Virus record (IMG/VR): IMGVR_UViG_3300015265_000001
Coordinates: 162,986 to 226,985 of that record
Length of the DNA stretch: 64,000 nt
Direction: 5' to 3' (one strand)
The translations under genes and the position numbers were made by a program. Position 1 is the stretch's first letter, and the number at the start of each line of letters is the position of its first letter. Shown here piece by piece: positions 37,810 to 46,817 of this stretch. The notes under the pieces were generated by a model. The model worked only from the letters and a program-made list of their open reading frames with translations. It searched no databases and was not told the DNA's origin.

Positions 37810-38016
37810 ATGACAGCACAATTCAGAAGTCTTCTATTTGGTCCAGGCGCGGTTTGTTTCTTAGGCTGGATTATTCTGGGCATTATGCAGCAGAGTCCAT
37901 TTCTGATTATCAGCTCAATACTCGTATCTTTCTTTGTATTGGTTGTGGGCATGGAGTCGTATAAAGCATGCGCGGCGGCTCTCATCGTATCTATAACTTT
38001 GAGTCTGTTCATGTGA
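37810..38016 (+). CDS. Small membrane protein
   Basis: Almost entirely hydrophobic; GGGAG RBS. Confidence 0.65.
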   Translation: MTAQFRSLLFGPGAVCFLGWIILGIMQQSPFLIISSILVSFFVLVVGMESYKACAAALIVSITLSLFM

Positions 38017-38084
38017 TATAAGCCAGGAGGATACTATGCCGAGTGTTATTACGCTCGGTTTTGTTCCTTTTCTGGAGAAAGTTT

Positions 38085-38681
38085 ATGGCCGCTAAGACGC
38101 ACATGGCGTTGTTCGTTGAACGTTTTGTCAAGTTCAACAAGCAGCGCTACGCCGACGACGCAGATTATCTTGCGTTGTTCATCGGATTGAAAGAAACCGA
38201 TCTCCAACTCGGCACTCCTGTCGATGCTGGCGACGGCACCTTCAACATGACCATCGCTTCTGCTGGTCGCAACTTCCGCTGTGATCCACTGCAATCGTGG
38301 ACCCCGGCTGACGCTTCGAAGACTTTGGGGCTTTACACCCTGAAGAACGTTACACCGCTGGCCGACATCAACGAACTGGAAGCGCAAACCGAAGCCGGTC
38401 TGTATTCCTACGTTGATGGCGCCAACACCCTCGTTGGTGTGGTGATTGCTTCCGACATCGCCGATGGTGGTGAAGAAGCTGCAATCGCAGCAATCATCAA
38501 CGCAGGCCTGAAGTACGCTATTCCGTCGATCGACTACACGGATGGCCAAACCTTCGTGGTGCTGGTCGGTTCTACCTTCAAGGGCAACCTGGAATGGGTG
38601 AAAGGCGCAGTACCGGTCAAAGTGATCCCGCCGACTGACTACGGTCTCCTGACTGTTGATCAAGACGCACCTGAAGTTTAA
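38085..38681 (+). CDS. Probable virion protein, paralog of 58029-58616
   Basis: LFVERFVKFNKQRY vs LFLDRFIAYNQDRY; GGAG RBS. Confidence 0.75.
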   Translation: MAAKTHMALFVERFVKFNKQRYADDADYLALFIGLKETDLQLGTPVDAGDGTFNMTIASAGRNFRCDPLQSWTPADASKTLGLYTLKNVTPLADINELEAQTEAGLYSYVDGANTLVGVVIASDIADGGEEAAIAAIINAGLKYAIPSIDYTDGQTFVVLVGSTFKGNLEWVKGAVPVKVIPPTDYGLLTVDQDAPEV

Positions 38682-38704
38682 CCCACTGGGTTGAGCTGCT
38701 CTAG

Positions 38705-38743
38705 TAAAGCCTACCGTTGGGGTTATTCCCGCGGTAGGCTTTA
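38705..38743 (+). terminator. Hairpin
   Basis: TAAAGCCTACCG...CGGTAGGCTTTA. Confidence 0.65.
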
Positions 38744-38834
38744 TGGCTGCTTGATGCCAGTAATAATTTAATATCACCCTCACGACTATTATCTACACCC
38801 GATAAAAGGTCATTTGTATCAAGGAGTTTTATCC

Positions 38835-39407
38835 ATGACCGCACAACTACAAGCAGCGATCGCAGCACCTATTCCGATGGACGATGAAGAGTACGCACTG
38901 GTATGCCGCGCACTGGATCCGTCCTTTGTGGACCATTTCCATAGCCTGGGGGTTATGAAAACCGTATTGCGTGAAATCGTGTACGGTGTTGATCATCTGA
39001 CAGAAATGGTAGATATGCCAGACTGTCCGGTTGACTGCACATTGATGACAGTCGACCTCGAGCATTACAAACTGGAGTCGTTCTTCCTGTTCGATCAGTT
39101 GTTCCGCGCTACGAACAACAAGACCTGGAAGATCAACCTGCCTGCTCCAGCGGTAAAGAAACATCTGGCAGAGTTCTTCAATCGTCGTTACATCGAAACG
39201 TTCCATTTCATTCTGGAAAGAATGGGGATCGACGAGCTGGAGTTGAAGGTGGATAACGTCCGGTATTCGATCGAGTTCAATGAGATCATTCCGGAAAGTA
39301 AACTGTTTATCTTCCACTTCACCAACCTGGATACACGCCAGATGATCAATCTGCCGTTTGCTCGTCGTCGTACCGGTCATTCGTTAAAGGTCAAACGAAA
39401 TGATTGA
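38835..39407 (+). CDS. Hypothetical protein, paralog of 39667
   Basis: LREIVYGVDHLTE...INLPFARRRTG. Confidence 0.8.
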   Translation: MTAQLQAAIAAPIPMDDEEYALVCRALDPSFVDHFHSLGVMKTVLREIVYGVDHLTEMVDMPDCPVDCTLMTVDLEHYKLESFFLFDQLFRATNNKTWKINLPAPAVKKHLAEFFNRRYIETFHFILERMGIDELELKVDNVRYSIEFNEIIPESKLFIFHFTNLDTRQMINLPFARRRTGHSLKVKRND

Positions 39408-39570
39408 TCCAAAAGACCTACTCAAAAAGAATGACGACTGGGTAGCCCGTATGGTGGAGGATCCCATCCGCAAGCAGCAACTCAAACGTCGTCGCAAGAC
39501 CTACAGACTGATCTGGGTATTGAGCTTTATTGCCGTTGTAATCGGCGCAGCGATCGGTCTGTACATGTAA
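39400..39570 (+). CDS. Small protein with basic patch and C-terminal TM (56 aa; not in track)
   Basis: MIDPKDLL...KRRRKTYRLIWVLSFIAVVIGAAIGLYM. Confidence 0.7.
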   Translation: MIDPKDLLKKNDDWVARMVEDPIRKQQLKRRRKTYRLIWVLSFIAVVIGAAIGLYM

Positions 39571-39571
39571 A

Positions 39572-39605
39572 TTTAAGATGAGGAGCCCTTCAGATCTATA
39601 TTACC
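39572..39605 (+). promoter_or_regulatory. Class I early promoter
   Basis: TTTAAGAT-N15(gaggagcccttcaga)-TCTATATTACC. Confidence 0.85.
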
Positions 39606-39666
39606 TATGTGTATCAAAGACGATCATTAATTGTGGTCCTCCACGTTAAGTAAATAGGGAAACATC

Positions 39667-40230
39667 ATGAGTGAAGCATTAAGAAAGATGGAGGTTATCG
39701 ATGGACTGACAACTAATTACGCTCAGGTGCTGGAAAGCAAACGCCTGGGTTATTTCAAGTATATCTTGAACGTAGAGTTTGTTGATACCTTCCTGAAGTT
39801 CATCCCCGACGTCAGGAAGTTGCAAGAGTTCGTCTACGCGATCGATTGCTTGACGGAAATTAGCAATAGCAGTTCATTTCCTTCCGGTCGACTGTTAAAC
39901 AACATCGATATCAACGAGAAAGCCGCAGGTAAGTTTGCAGAGCTCCGTTGGTTGACCCGCGACCAATCCTTTCTGGGCTGCCAAGTAGGTGCTGAGACTA
40001 CAGAGCTTATCAACGAGTTTTTCAGTTACGAATACCCTCGGTTGTTCGGAGAGCTGTTTGATAAATCGCGGCTTCCTTTCGCAACCTTCGCCTTGGATGG
40101 CGTGTGGTATCACCTGACCTTCAACCGCAGCTTCAACAAACTGAGAACGCACTCTGCGATCAAGTTGACCAGTGCGGACAGAAGTAAAGAAGTTTACCTG
40201 CCGTTCCTTAGAACTCGTGCTGGAGTCTAA
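39667..40230 (+). CDS. Hypothetical early protein, paralog of 38835
   Basis: LQEFVYAIDCLTE...VYLPFLRTRAG. Confidence 0.8.
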   Translation: MSEALRKMEVIDGLTTNYAQVLESKRLGYFKYILNVEFVDTFLKFIPDVRKLQEFVYAIDCLTEISNSSSFPSGRLLNNIDINEKAAGKFAELRWLTRDQSFLGCQVGAETTELINEFFSYEYPRLFGELFDKSRLPFATFALDGVWYHLTFNRSFNKLRTHSAIKLTSADRSKEVYLPFLRTRAGV

Positions 40231-40238
40231 GTGATTCG

Positions 40239-40290
40239 CTATAAACCCCCAGGCAGTCGAGCCTGGGGGTTTATAGTTTCTTTTTTATTT
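40239..40290 (+). terminator. Rho-independent terminator
   Basis: CTATAAACCCCCAGGC / GCCTGGGGGTTTATAG 16-bp stem then a T-run. Confidence 0.85.
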
Positions 40291-40333
40291 GTACCGCTGT
40301 AACTTTGTAAAGACCATTAACAAGGAGTTCCAA

Positions 40334-41809
40334 ATGAATACACCAATCAATAAAGAGGCCACTTTCATCCCCGGGCCTGTTGGTAAAACCTTCTCCGAAG
40401 AAGAGATGCTGCTGATCAACCCGCATGCCAGTAAGCTTGCTGGTAACCTCATGGACGGTTATGTTTTTACCTGGAACAAGGAACGTGAGCTGTACGAGAA
40501 CGTCGGCGCTATTGCGGACTTGCTTGGGCGTAATACCCCACCTGAGCCGACGAAGGTCATGAGCTTCAACATGAAGGGAAGCTTCCCACATGACCACGCG
40601 CTACCAGAAGAAGGTATCGAGCCTGGCGATTGTTGCTTGCGCGGAAAACACTTCTGGGCGGTCACCGAGGAAGGCGTCTGGAAGGACTACGGTAATGTGG
40701 AAGCCCTTCCCGATAGGACTGCTAATCTCGTGTCGTTCAATTCCGGACCTCGTGATTGGGAGCGCGGTGAGATCAACTATGTAGGTGAGTATCCAGGTGC
40801 TTATGACAAACTGCCTGAGTTCTTGCCCTTCGTAAGTAACATCGGCGACGTAATGACCTGGCGTGGTCAGGACTGGGTGCGTAACACAACCAATAGCTGG
40901 ATACCCTACAGCCGGACGCCTGAAGAACAGTGCGTGGGTGTAAAGGAAGCGGTAGAGTCTCCTGAGCCCAGCGTGTCGGATAAACTCCGAAAGGAACATT
41001 ATCTCGAGGATGTCAGAGCTGGTTACGGTGGTACTTTCGAACAATGGCGCAGGCAGAACGGTGATCTCAACGCTGTATTGTGTATGGCTTCCGGTACGCC
41101 ACGTTCGGTTGATCAGTTGGAAGAGCAACGCATCCGTATGCACCAGCGCGATCTCCTGGCTGACAGCAAAGAACATCCTTCTCTGGATGATGTTGCTGTA
41201 TTGCTGGAAGGGGCTTTGACCAACTTCGGCAATGAGGAAAGTAATGCGGCTTTCAAAGCGCTCGATGCCTTGAAGAGGGTGAAAACTGATCTGCGTCGTA
41301 AGCGTCGTAATGCCTGGTTCCGTCGCATTCTGTTCTTGTTGATCCTGGGTGTTATCGGTTACGGTCTGTACAAGTGGATACCTACCCAAGTGGTATCTGG
41401 GCGTTACACCGTACCAAAGACCTGCTCTGCTCCTTTCGGCAACGGTACGATCACCGGCATGCGTTATTACGACTATGGCTACAAGTCATTGTTCGGTATC
41501 CACATGACGCTGGAAAGTACTGTGCGGGAAAGTACCATAGTCAGTGCAAATGGCCAGGAGTTTTCGATCTTTGGTTTGTCTCCTCGGAATGAAGATGCTT
41601 CGCCGGAAGAAATGGCGATAGCTGACAAGGTACTGAAAGTCGCCGAGGTGGAAGTGGAAACTGCTCCTAAGCCGCCTAAAGGTAAATGGTGGCGCATGAA
41701 CATCTGGACCAGTGACAAGGGTACTCAGCCGATGAAGCCTGCCGAGCTTTATTTGTTCGCGTCTGAGAAGAATACAACGATGGTCGCTTATAAGGACTTC
41801 TGCAAATGA
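40334..41809 (+). CDS. Membrane-anchored multi-domain hypothetical protein
   Basis: RKRRNAWFRR followed by TM ILFLLILGVIGYGLY; AAGGAG RBS. Confidence 0.8.
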   Translation: MNTPINKEATFIPGPVGKTFSEEEMLLINPHASKLAGNLMDGYVFTWNKERELYENVGAIADLLGRNTPPEPTKVMSFNMKGSFPHDHALPEEGIEPGDCCLRGKHFWAVTEEGVWKDYGNVEALPDRTANLVSFNSGPRDWERGEINYVGEYPGAYDKLPEFLPFVSNIGDVMTWRGQDWVRNTTNSWIPYSRTPEEQCVGVKEAVESPEPSVSDKLRKEHYLEDVRAGYGGTFEQWRRQNGDLNAVLCMASGTPRSVDQLEEQRIRMHQRDLLADSKEHPSLDDVAVLLEGALTNFGNEESNAAFKALDALKRVKTDLRRKRRNAWFRRILFLLILGVIGYGLYKWIPTQVVSGRYTVPKTCSAPFGNGTITGMRYYDYGYKSLFGIHMTLESTVRESTIVSANGQEFSIFGLSPRNEDASPEEMAIADKVLKVAEVEVETAPKPPKGKWWRMNIWTSDKGTQPMKPAELYLFASEKNTTMVAYKDFCK

Positions 41810-42612
41810 GACTAAAGGGCGCCTTTGGCAACATCTTTAAGCTCGAGATTGGTGAGGATGACAGAACGGTAGAACGCATCTTGCAGTACACCGGTCGCGT
41901 TTCTTACGAAGAGCCTAATCTCGAAGAGTCACGTGAGTGGATACAACGGCTTTACCATATTTGCGAGGAGAATATCGTGGGAAAAGTAGTGAACGTTGGA
42001 ACGGTCGGTCATATTGACCACGGTCGTCGTGGGTACAAATCCAATCCAGAGGACTACGCGTCGGCCGTGCCTCACGTCAAGTCTTACTACAACCCTTACA
42101 AGCCAGAATGTATTTACTGGTGGGAGGGTTTGATCTACGTGGGTGGTCGCATCATTCACAATCTTCGTATCCACGAAGTTAACAACCGCGCCGCCGGTGG
42201 TACTGAAGAAGGCTTGATTGTAGCGAAGCCCGATATCGACTGCGATTCGATTACTGACCTATCCGCGCTGGAGACAAACCAGTTCAAGGACAGGATCGTT
42301 GCCAAGCTGAATAAAGGAGCTGGCAAGACCATGCCTCCTGAAATTTCCAAGGCTATCGAAGCCTTCCTGTCTCCTCAACCGATGAAAGTGCAACCTGCTT
42401 TCATCGAACGGGAGTTCGAACGGGATCGTCGTACTGTGATCCCTACGCGTAAAGCAATCGCCTGGGCCATCCAGTTGATGGTGTGGAACGATGATGCAAT
42501 GAAGAAGTTGGCGGGGGTAGGACGGAATGATGTTTACGTTCGCTACGTAGCCCCGCCGTTCCCTGGTTCTAAACATGACAAACTTACTGACGAAGGAAAA
42601 TGGGATGCCTGA
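41806..42612 (+). CDS. Hypothetical protein carrying an EF-Tu G1-like segment
   Basis: VNVGTVGHIDHG at aa 62-73. Confidence 0.8.
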   Translation: MRLKGAFGNIFKLEIGEDDRTVERILQYTGRVSYEEPNLEESREWIQRLYHICEENIVGKVVNVGTVGHIDHGRRGYKSNPEDYASAVPHVKSYYNPYKPECIYWWEGLIYVGGRIIHNLRIHEVNNRAAGGTEEGLIVAKPDIDCDSITDLSALETNQFKDRIVAKLNKGAGKTMPPEISKAIEAFLSPQPMKVQPAFIEREFERDRRTVIPTRKAIAWAIQLMVWNDDAMKKLAGVGRNDVYVRYVAPPFPGSKHDKLTDEGKWDA

Positions 42613-42787
42613 GAATAATTTCAAGGAAGAAATCGAACAGATCGTTCAGGAAATTAAAATGAACGGTCCTGATGTTTATACCACCCTGAAAACCGTTCCG
42701 GGTATTGGTACTGTTGTCATCAAATCGAAAACCGTTCCCAGCGGCCTGATCATCGAACCCTGGGTTAACCCAAATGGAGATAAGTAA
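42605..42787 (+). CDS. Small hypothetical protein
   Basis: Overlapping start. Confidence 0.65.
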   Translation: MPENNFKEEIEQIVQEIKMNGPDVYTTLKTVPGIGTVVIKSKTVPSGLIIEPWVNPNGDK

Positions 42788-43434
42788 TGGGGCAGAGTAA
42801 CAAGAGCGGTCAGCGTAATCCGAACAATCCGCCTAACCCTAACAAAGGACGCAGTATGGTTCCGGTTAATCATGCGCTGAAGTACACCGAAGAAGATCTG
42901 GCCAGAACCATGGAGTTCGCTAAGCGTAATGCGCGGGGCAACTTGCTGAAAGAACTCGGCCTTACCGAGCTTAACTCCGGTATTGGTAGCACTCCGTCTT
43001 CTAACTGGTTTGCTAAAGGTGAGCAGGATGACTTCCCTGAGTTGGTTAATCAGGATCGTGCAAGCCTGTGCCTCGGCAAGCTTACTGATGACGAGATCGC
43101 CAACCTGGTGTTTATGCAGGGTGACATCAGTAAAGAAGAAGACATGCGGTTGATGCTGGCCCATATGGAAGTCGGGAAAGAGTACTACTCGAAGATCGCT
43201 GCGGTCATGGGTGGTAAAGAGCGCATCCGCTGGCTGTCCCGTCATCTGGAACTGTCTCTGCAACGTCAGCGGTCCCAGCGTACCACTATCTGGAACTATA
43301 TCCTGGATACGTACGCTGAGTGCGGTGGCGAGGCGTCGATCCTTGAGGCCTGTGAGAAGTTGGGACTGCCGAAGGAATACGCAATGGCGCGTTTGCATCC
43401 AGAGCGTGAAGTTGTTAAGGAGGGAACATCGTGA
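42787..43434 (+). CDS. Hypothetical protein
   Basis: TAATG coupling. Confidence 0.8.
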   Translation: MGQSNKSGQRNPNNPPNPNKGRSMVPVNHALKYTEEDLARTMEFAKRNARGNLLKELGLTELNSGIGSTPSSNWFAKGEQDDFPELVNQDRASLCLGKLTDDEIANLVFMQGDISKEEDMRLMLAHMEVGKEYYSKIAAVMGGKERIRWLSRHLELSLQRQRSQRTTIWNYILDTYAECGGEASILEACEKLGLPKEYAMARLHPEREVVKEGTS

Positions 43435-43799
43435 TTGTTTCCGAACAGATCTTGGCGCTAACGTTTTCTATCCTCCGGGCACTTCCTAATTATCGGAAGT
43501 ATCGCGTCGATAGCTACGGGGTTACGATTGATTGGAGTGACGACCGTAAAACGGCCGATGTGTTTTACACCCAACATGACATCGTGATCCATGCAGTTAA
43601 AGCTGGTGTGGTAGAGGATAAAAAGCAAGACCGTGCTAAGGTCTCTTTGACACTTCTCCAGACGATGCCACCGCAAAATGCCGAGCACGAAGAACAGGTG
43701 AAAAACCTGTGGCGGTTACTGGAAGTTATTTCCATGACCAATTATCAAAATGACAGGGAATCTGAAGACACGCTAACTGCAATTAGCCGTTACTGGTAA
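43431..43799 (+). CDS. Hypothetical protein
   Basis: GTGA overlap, GGAGG RBS. Confidence 0.75.
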   Translation: MIVSEQILALTFSILRALPNYRKYRVDSYGVTIDWSDDRKTADVFYTQHDIVIHAVKAGVVEDKKQDRAKVSLTLLQTMPPQNAEHEEQVKNLWRLLEVISMTNYQNDRESEDTLTAISRYW

Positions 43800-43825
43800 C
43801 CTGTGTAACTATAAGGAAATAAATA

Positions 43826-44116
43826 ATGGCTCGTAATACAAACAACGAACTTTTGGTGTTACCCGGTTTCTTTTACTACCCGCGCTGTAATGACGGGTTA
43901 GAAAAGCTTACCGACTATGAGCGCTACACGCTTCTGCTCAACCAGGGTAATTACATCGTTGCCGCGAGCATGGAAGATCCTGTTCAGTTCGGCGATCTGA
44001 ACTGCGCCTGCGACAACGGTCGCATCCCAACCCATCGCCGTGCAGGCGCGGTGATTCCTGAATACGGTCATGTTCCTATTGATCTACGCGAGGTCATCGA
44101 CCTTAAAGGGGAGTAA
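43826..44116 (+). CDS. Hypothetical protein
   Basis: AAGGA RBS. Confidence 0.75.
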   Translation: MARNTNNELLVLPGFFYYPRCNDGLEKLTDYERYTLLLNQGNYIVAASMEDPVQFGDLNCACDNGRIPTHRRAGAVIPEYGHVPIDLREVIDLKGE

Positions 44117-44118
44117 CG

Positions 44119-44394
44119 GTGGACAAAATACCGGCACTGCTCGTTTACATTGATGGCGAACTTACCAGGGCTTATAAAGACGGTAAGAATGAGCGCTACT
44201 TCAAAACAATCACGGATAACGATCGTGCAAAGGAACATATCGGGATGGAGCTTGCTCGTCTCGACATGGGCCGTAGGCTTCTTAATGGGGCGGTCAAGTT
44301 GGGCAAACTCACTGAGGAAGATATCAAGGAGTTGTCTGAGTTGACTTTCCGTAAAGATGAAAGCGACATGTTTATGTCAAGACTAAAGGAATAA
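44119..44394 (+). CDS. Hypothetical protein
   Basis: GGGGAG RBS, GTG start. Confidence 0.7.
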   Translation: MDKIPALLVYIDGELTRAYKDGKNERYFKTITDNDRAKEHIGMELARLDMGRRLLNGAVKLGKLTEEDIKELSELTFRKDESDMFMSRLKE

Positions 44395-44398
44395 GAAA

Positions 44399-45121
44399 AT
44401 GGAACAGAAAACTGATTACCTGCGTTTGCTGTACGCTATCTGCAAAGGCAAGATCGAAATAAACGCCAACGATCACCGCGACGTTTACGATACGGTGGAA
44501 GAACGGCTGAAGCACATGGCTAAATTCAAGCCCTTTGCCGTTGCAGCAATTACTCCCGAAGTTCGGGCAGAGATGATTGCCACCAACACCTTGATTCAGG
44601 TTGAAATCGTCCCTAATAACCCAGAGGCGGGCGAAGATGAACTCTGTTTCATCGGCGCTTCCCTTGACAAGGTGCTGGAATCGGCATACATCGTAGCAAC
44701 CGAGGTGGGTGTTAAGGGTTGTGTGGCCTGGGCTGTTGACGGTGTTAATTGGACTGCTATCCTGAATGAGCTCATCGCTACCGCGAAGTGTTCGGTTACG
44801 CTGGAGATCAACCCGTTCAAGGCCAAACACTGGGACATAGAGAAACAGTGCGACGTCTATGACATGAACGCCAAGGAGTATTTGCGCGATCTTCTCGTCA
44901 TGAACCCAGATCGCTTCGAAGCAGATGAAGACGGCGATGCCGAAATAACACCTGGGCTTGGTCAGCAGATGGTTGATCGCAACGAGGTCTTCGAGTTGTC
45001 TTTCTACCCGAACACCCCCATCGGCTTCTATACCTTCATGCACATTGACCTTCCTGGCATGTTGCAGGGTGCGTTGACGTTGTGCAAAAAGGAAGTTCTC
45101 GCCATGGAGGCTATCCAGTAA
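44399..45121 (+). CDS. Hypothetical protein with two-fold internal repeat
   Basis: DVY..ITPE..M..N..PNNP / DVY..ITPG..M..N..YPNTP. Confidence 0.8.
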   Translation: MEQKTDYLRLLYAICKGKIEINANDHRDVYDTVEERLKHMAKFKPFAVAAITPEVRAEMIATNTLIQVEIVPNNPEAGEDELCFIGASLDKVLESAYIVATEVGVKGCVAWAVDGVNWTAILNELIATAKCSVTLEINPFKAKHWDIEKQCDVYDMNAKEYLRDLLVMNPDRFEADEDGDAEITPGLGQQMVDRNEVFELSFYPNTPIGFYTFMHIDLPGMLQGALTLCKKEVLAMEAIQ

Positions 45122-45702
45122 TGAAAGAGAACAAAGACAGGCACCAGGTCGTTATGGCTCGTGAGATGTATGACGAGCTGTACAGTATGGCCGCAACCCA
45201 TGCACGTAACTCAGAGCAGGACTCTCCTATAAAGGGCAGTCCTAATAGTGTTATCTCGCGTCTGGCTAAAATCCGACGTCATGTGCAGAAGTACAACAAA
45301 CCTCTCCACGAGGAACGTCAAGTTCAGGTTGCAAAGAACGCGGCCGAATACCGCCGACTGCGTGAGCTTGTCATCGATCTGGTTGTCAACCACGTGGGTC
45401 AGATTGTTTGGGTTAAATCTCAAGCACCCGCGCCACGAGGTTTGGATGTGCGGCCTACGTTCTATATTGCTCACGAGGTTGTTGGGCGTTCTGAACTGGG
45501 TAAGCTTGCCGTTAAGGTTGCGCCGGTGGTGGGTGGTCCTTTATCTGATAAGCATGTTTCGTCGCTTACCAAAGAACTTCCAGAGCGATATACCTACCAA
45601 ACTGAAGGCATGGGTGCTTATATCGCCTTTGACCCAAATGTTGTTCAGGTAAGGGACCCGTATGGCATAACTGTGAGAACCGCAGAAGTAAAGAAGGAGT
45701 AA
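45121..45702 (+). CDS. Hypothetical protein
   Basis: TAATG coupling. Confidence 0.75.
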   Translation: MKENKDRHQVVMAREMYDELYSMAATHARNSEQDSPIKGSPNSVISRLAKIRRHVQKYNKPLHEERQVQVAKNAAEYRRLRELVIDLVVNHVGQIVWVKSQAPAPRGLDVRPTFYIAHEVVGRSELGKLAVKVAPVVGGPLSDKHVSSLTKELPERYTYQTEGMGAYIAFDPNVVQVRDPYGITVRTAEVKKE

Positions 45703-45705
45703 AGG

Positions 45706-46293
45706 ATGATTTCTAAAGGGTTGTGTTACACCAACGACTTCCCCCTGCGAAATGCAGGAGAAGCTCAGTTCAAAGTTTCACGTGAAAATGGAGAGATCAT
45801 TACTCGCTCAGTACACTGGAGTCAACGGCAACACACGATCTTGATTCGCCACGGTCTCCGTGAACCGATCCAGTTCTACGGCGTTACACAAAGTGCTCAC
45901 GGTAACCTGATTGCCATGAGTGACGGGCATTACACTCGTTACTACTGGACTACCATGACAGGTCGTCGTGATACGTATGTGCTTCAAGGTTCTTCGGCTA
46001 CCTTCGAGGAAGCTTGGGAACATTTGTTTGAGGCGTTAGTGCTAGATGGGCGTATGCCGTCCATAGGGCTCTATAACCGCATCAGCTTCCTTTTCATCTG
46101 GTACTTCAACCAGATAGAAGAGCAACCCGTTGTACGTGCCACAGAAGGCTTCTGGCGCGGTGTAAAGAAACAAGTATTGTTTGAATGGTTACCTGAAATT
46201 GGCAAACGAGCCGTTAAGGTCACCATCGCTGGTTCCCAACCTGTCGCAGTACCCCTGGCGGATCACCCGCTTGTTGGCTTGCTGCGCAAATAA
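45706..46293 (+). CDS. Hypothetical protein, paralog of 46310
   Basis: TFEEAWEHLFEALVLDGR...VPLADHPLV. Confidence 0.8.
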   Translation: MISKGLCYTNDFPLRNAGEAQFKVSRENGEIITRSVHWSQRQHTILIRHGLREPIQFYGVTQSAHGNLIAMSDGHYTRYYWTTMTGRRDTYVLQGSSATFEEAWEHLFEALVLDGRMPSIGLYNRISFLFIWYFNQIEEQPVVRATEGFWRGVKKQVLFEWLPEIGKRAVKVTIAGSQPVAVPLADHPLVGLLRK

Positions 46294-46309
46294 GCAAAGA
46301 GGCTTCAAA

Positions 46310-46762
46310 ATGTCTAACGCTCAAATCAAGTACCACATGACCGCCCTTTTCCGTCTCGACAATGGTCAACAACTGTACATGTCCTCTCATGGGCATCAGA
46401 CCTCTTACATTGTGTCGGGCACGCCCAGCCGTGGCGGTACTGCTTACCTGATTGAACAACCATCCCATTCGGTAGAAGAAGCTATCGAAACGCTGTTCAA
46501 GAAACTCGTGATGGATGATCGTGAAGTGTCGATCAACTATTACAACCTGGTCAGTGAATTCTTCATCAAGTATTTTGATCAGGGGGCTACTGAATACAAA
46601 GCTACCCTGAGTGGCCGGTGGCACAACCTGTTTCTCCACGTAGAGCTGGAGCGTACCGAGGGTCTCAGCGGTTCTTTGATGTTCTTCCGTGTTCACGACA
46701 AAGAAATGTTGGTTCCGTTGTACACGCACCCAATGGTTCACATCCTTGCATCTAAGGTGTAA
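46310..46762 (+). CDS. Hypothetical protein, paralog of 45706
   Basis: SVEEAIETLFKKLVMDDR...VPLYTHPMV. Confidence 0.8.
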   Translation: MSNAQIKYHMTALFRLDNGQQLYMSSHGHQTSYIVSGTPSRGGTAYLIEQPSHSVEEAIETLFKKLVMDDREVSINYYNLVSEFFIKYFDQGATEYKATLSGRWHNLFLHVELERTEGLSGSLMFFRVHDKEMLVPLYTHPMVHILASKV

Positions 46763-46817
46763 CCACAATCTTACGCTTGAAACAAAAACGCCAGCAGCTA
46801 TGTAGAGGGGACAAAGC

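Noticed and set aside
37810-38016. groES downstream of groEL
   Set aside because: The ORF is a hydrophobic membrane peptide with no GroES PLxDRV or mobile-loop features.
27801-38778. AATTTAATAT(C)ACC motif upstream of the GNAT (27801) and of 38835 (38765) as a third promoter class
   Set aside because: Only two copies of an AT-rich 10-mer; insufficient support.
41806-42612. A genuine phage EF-Tu or translational GTPase
   Set aside because: GKT and G2-G4 motifs are absent; only a 12-aa segment matches.
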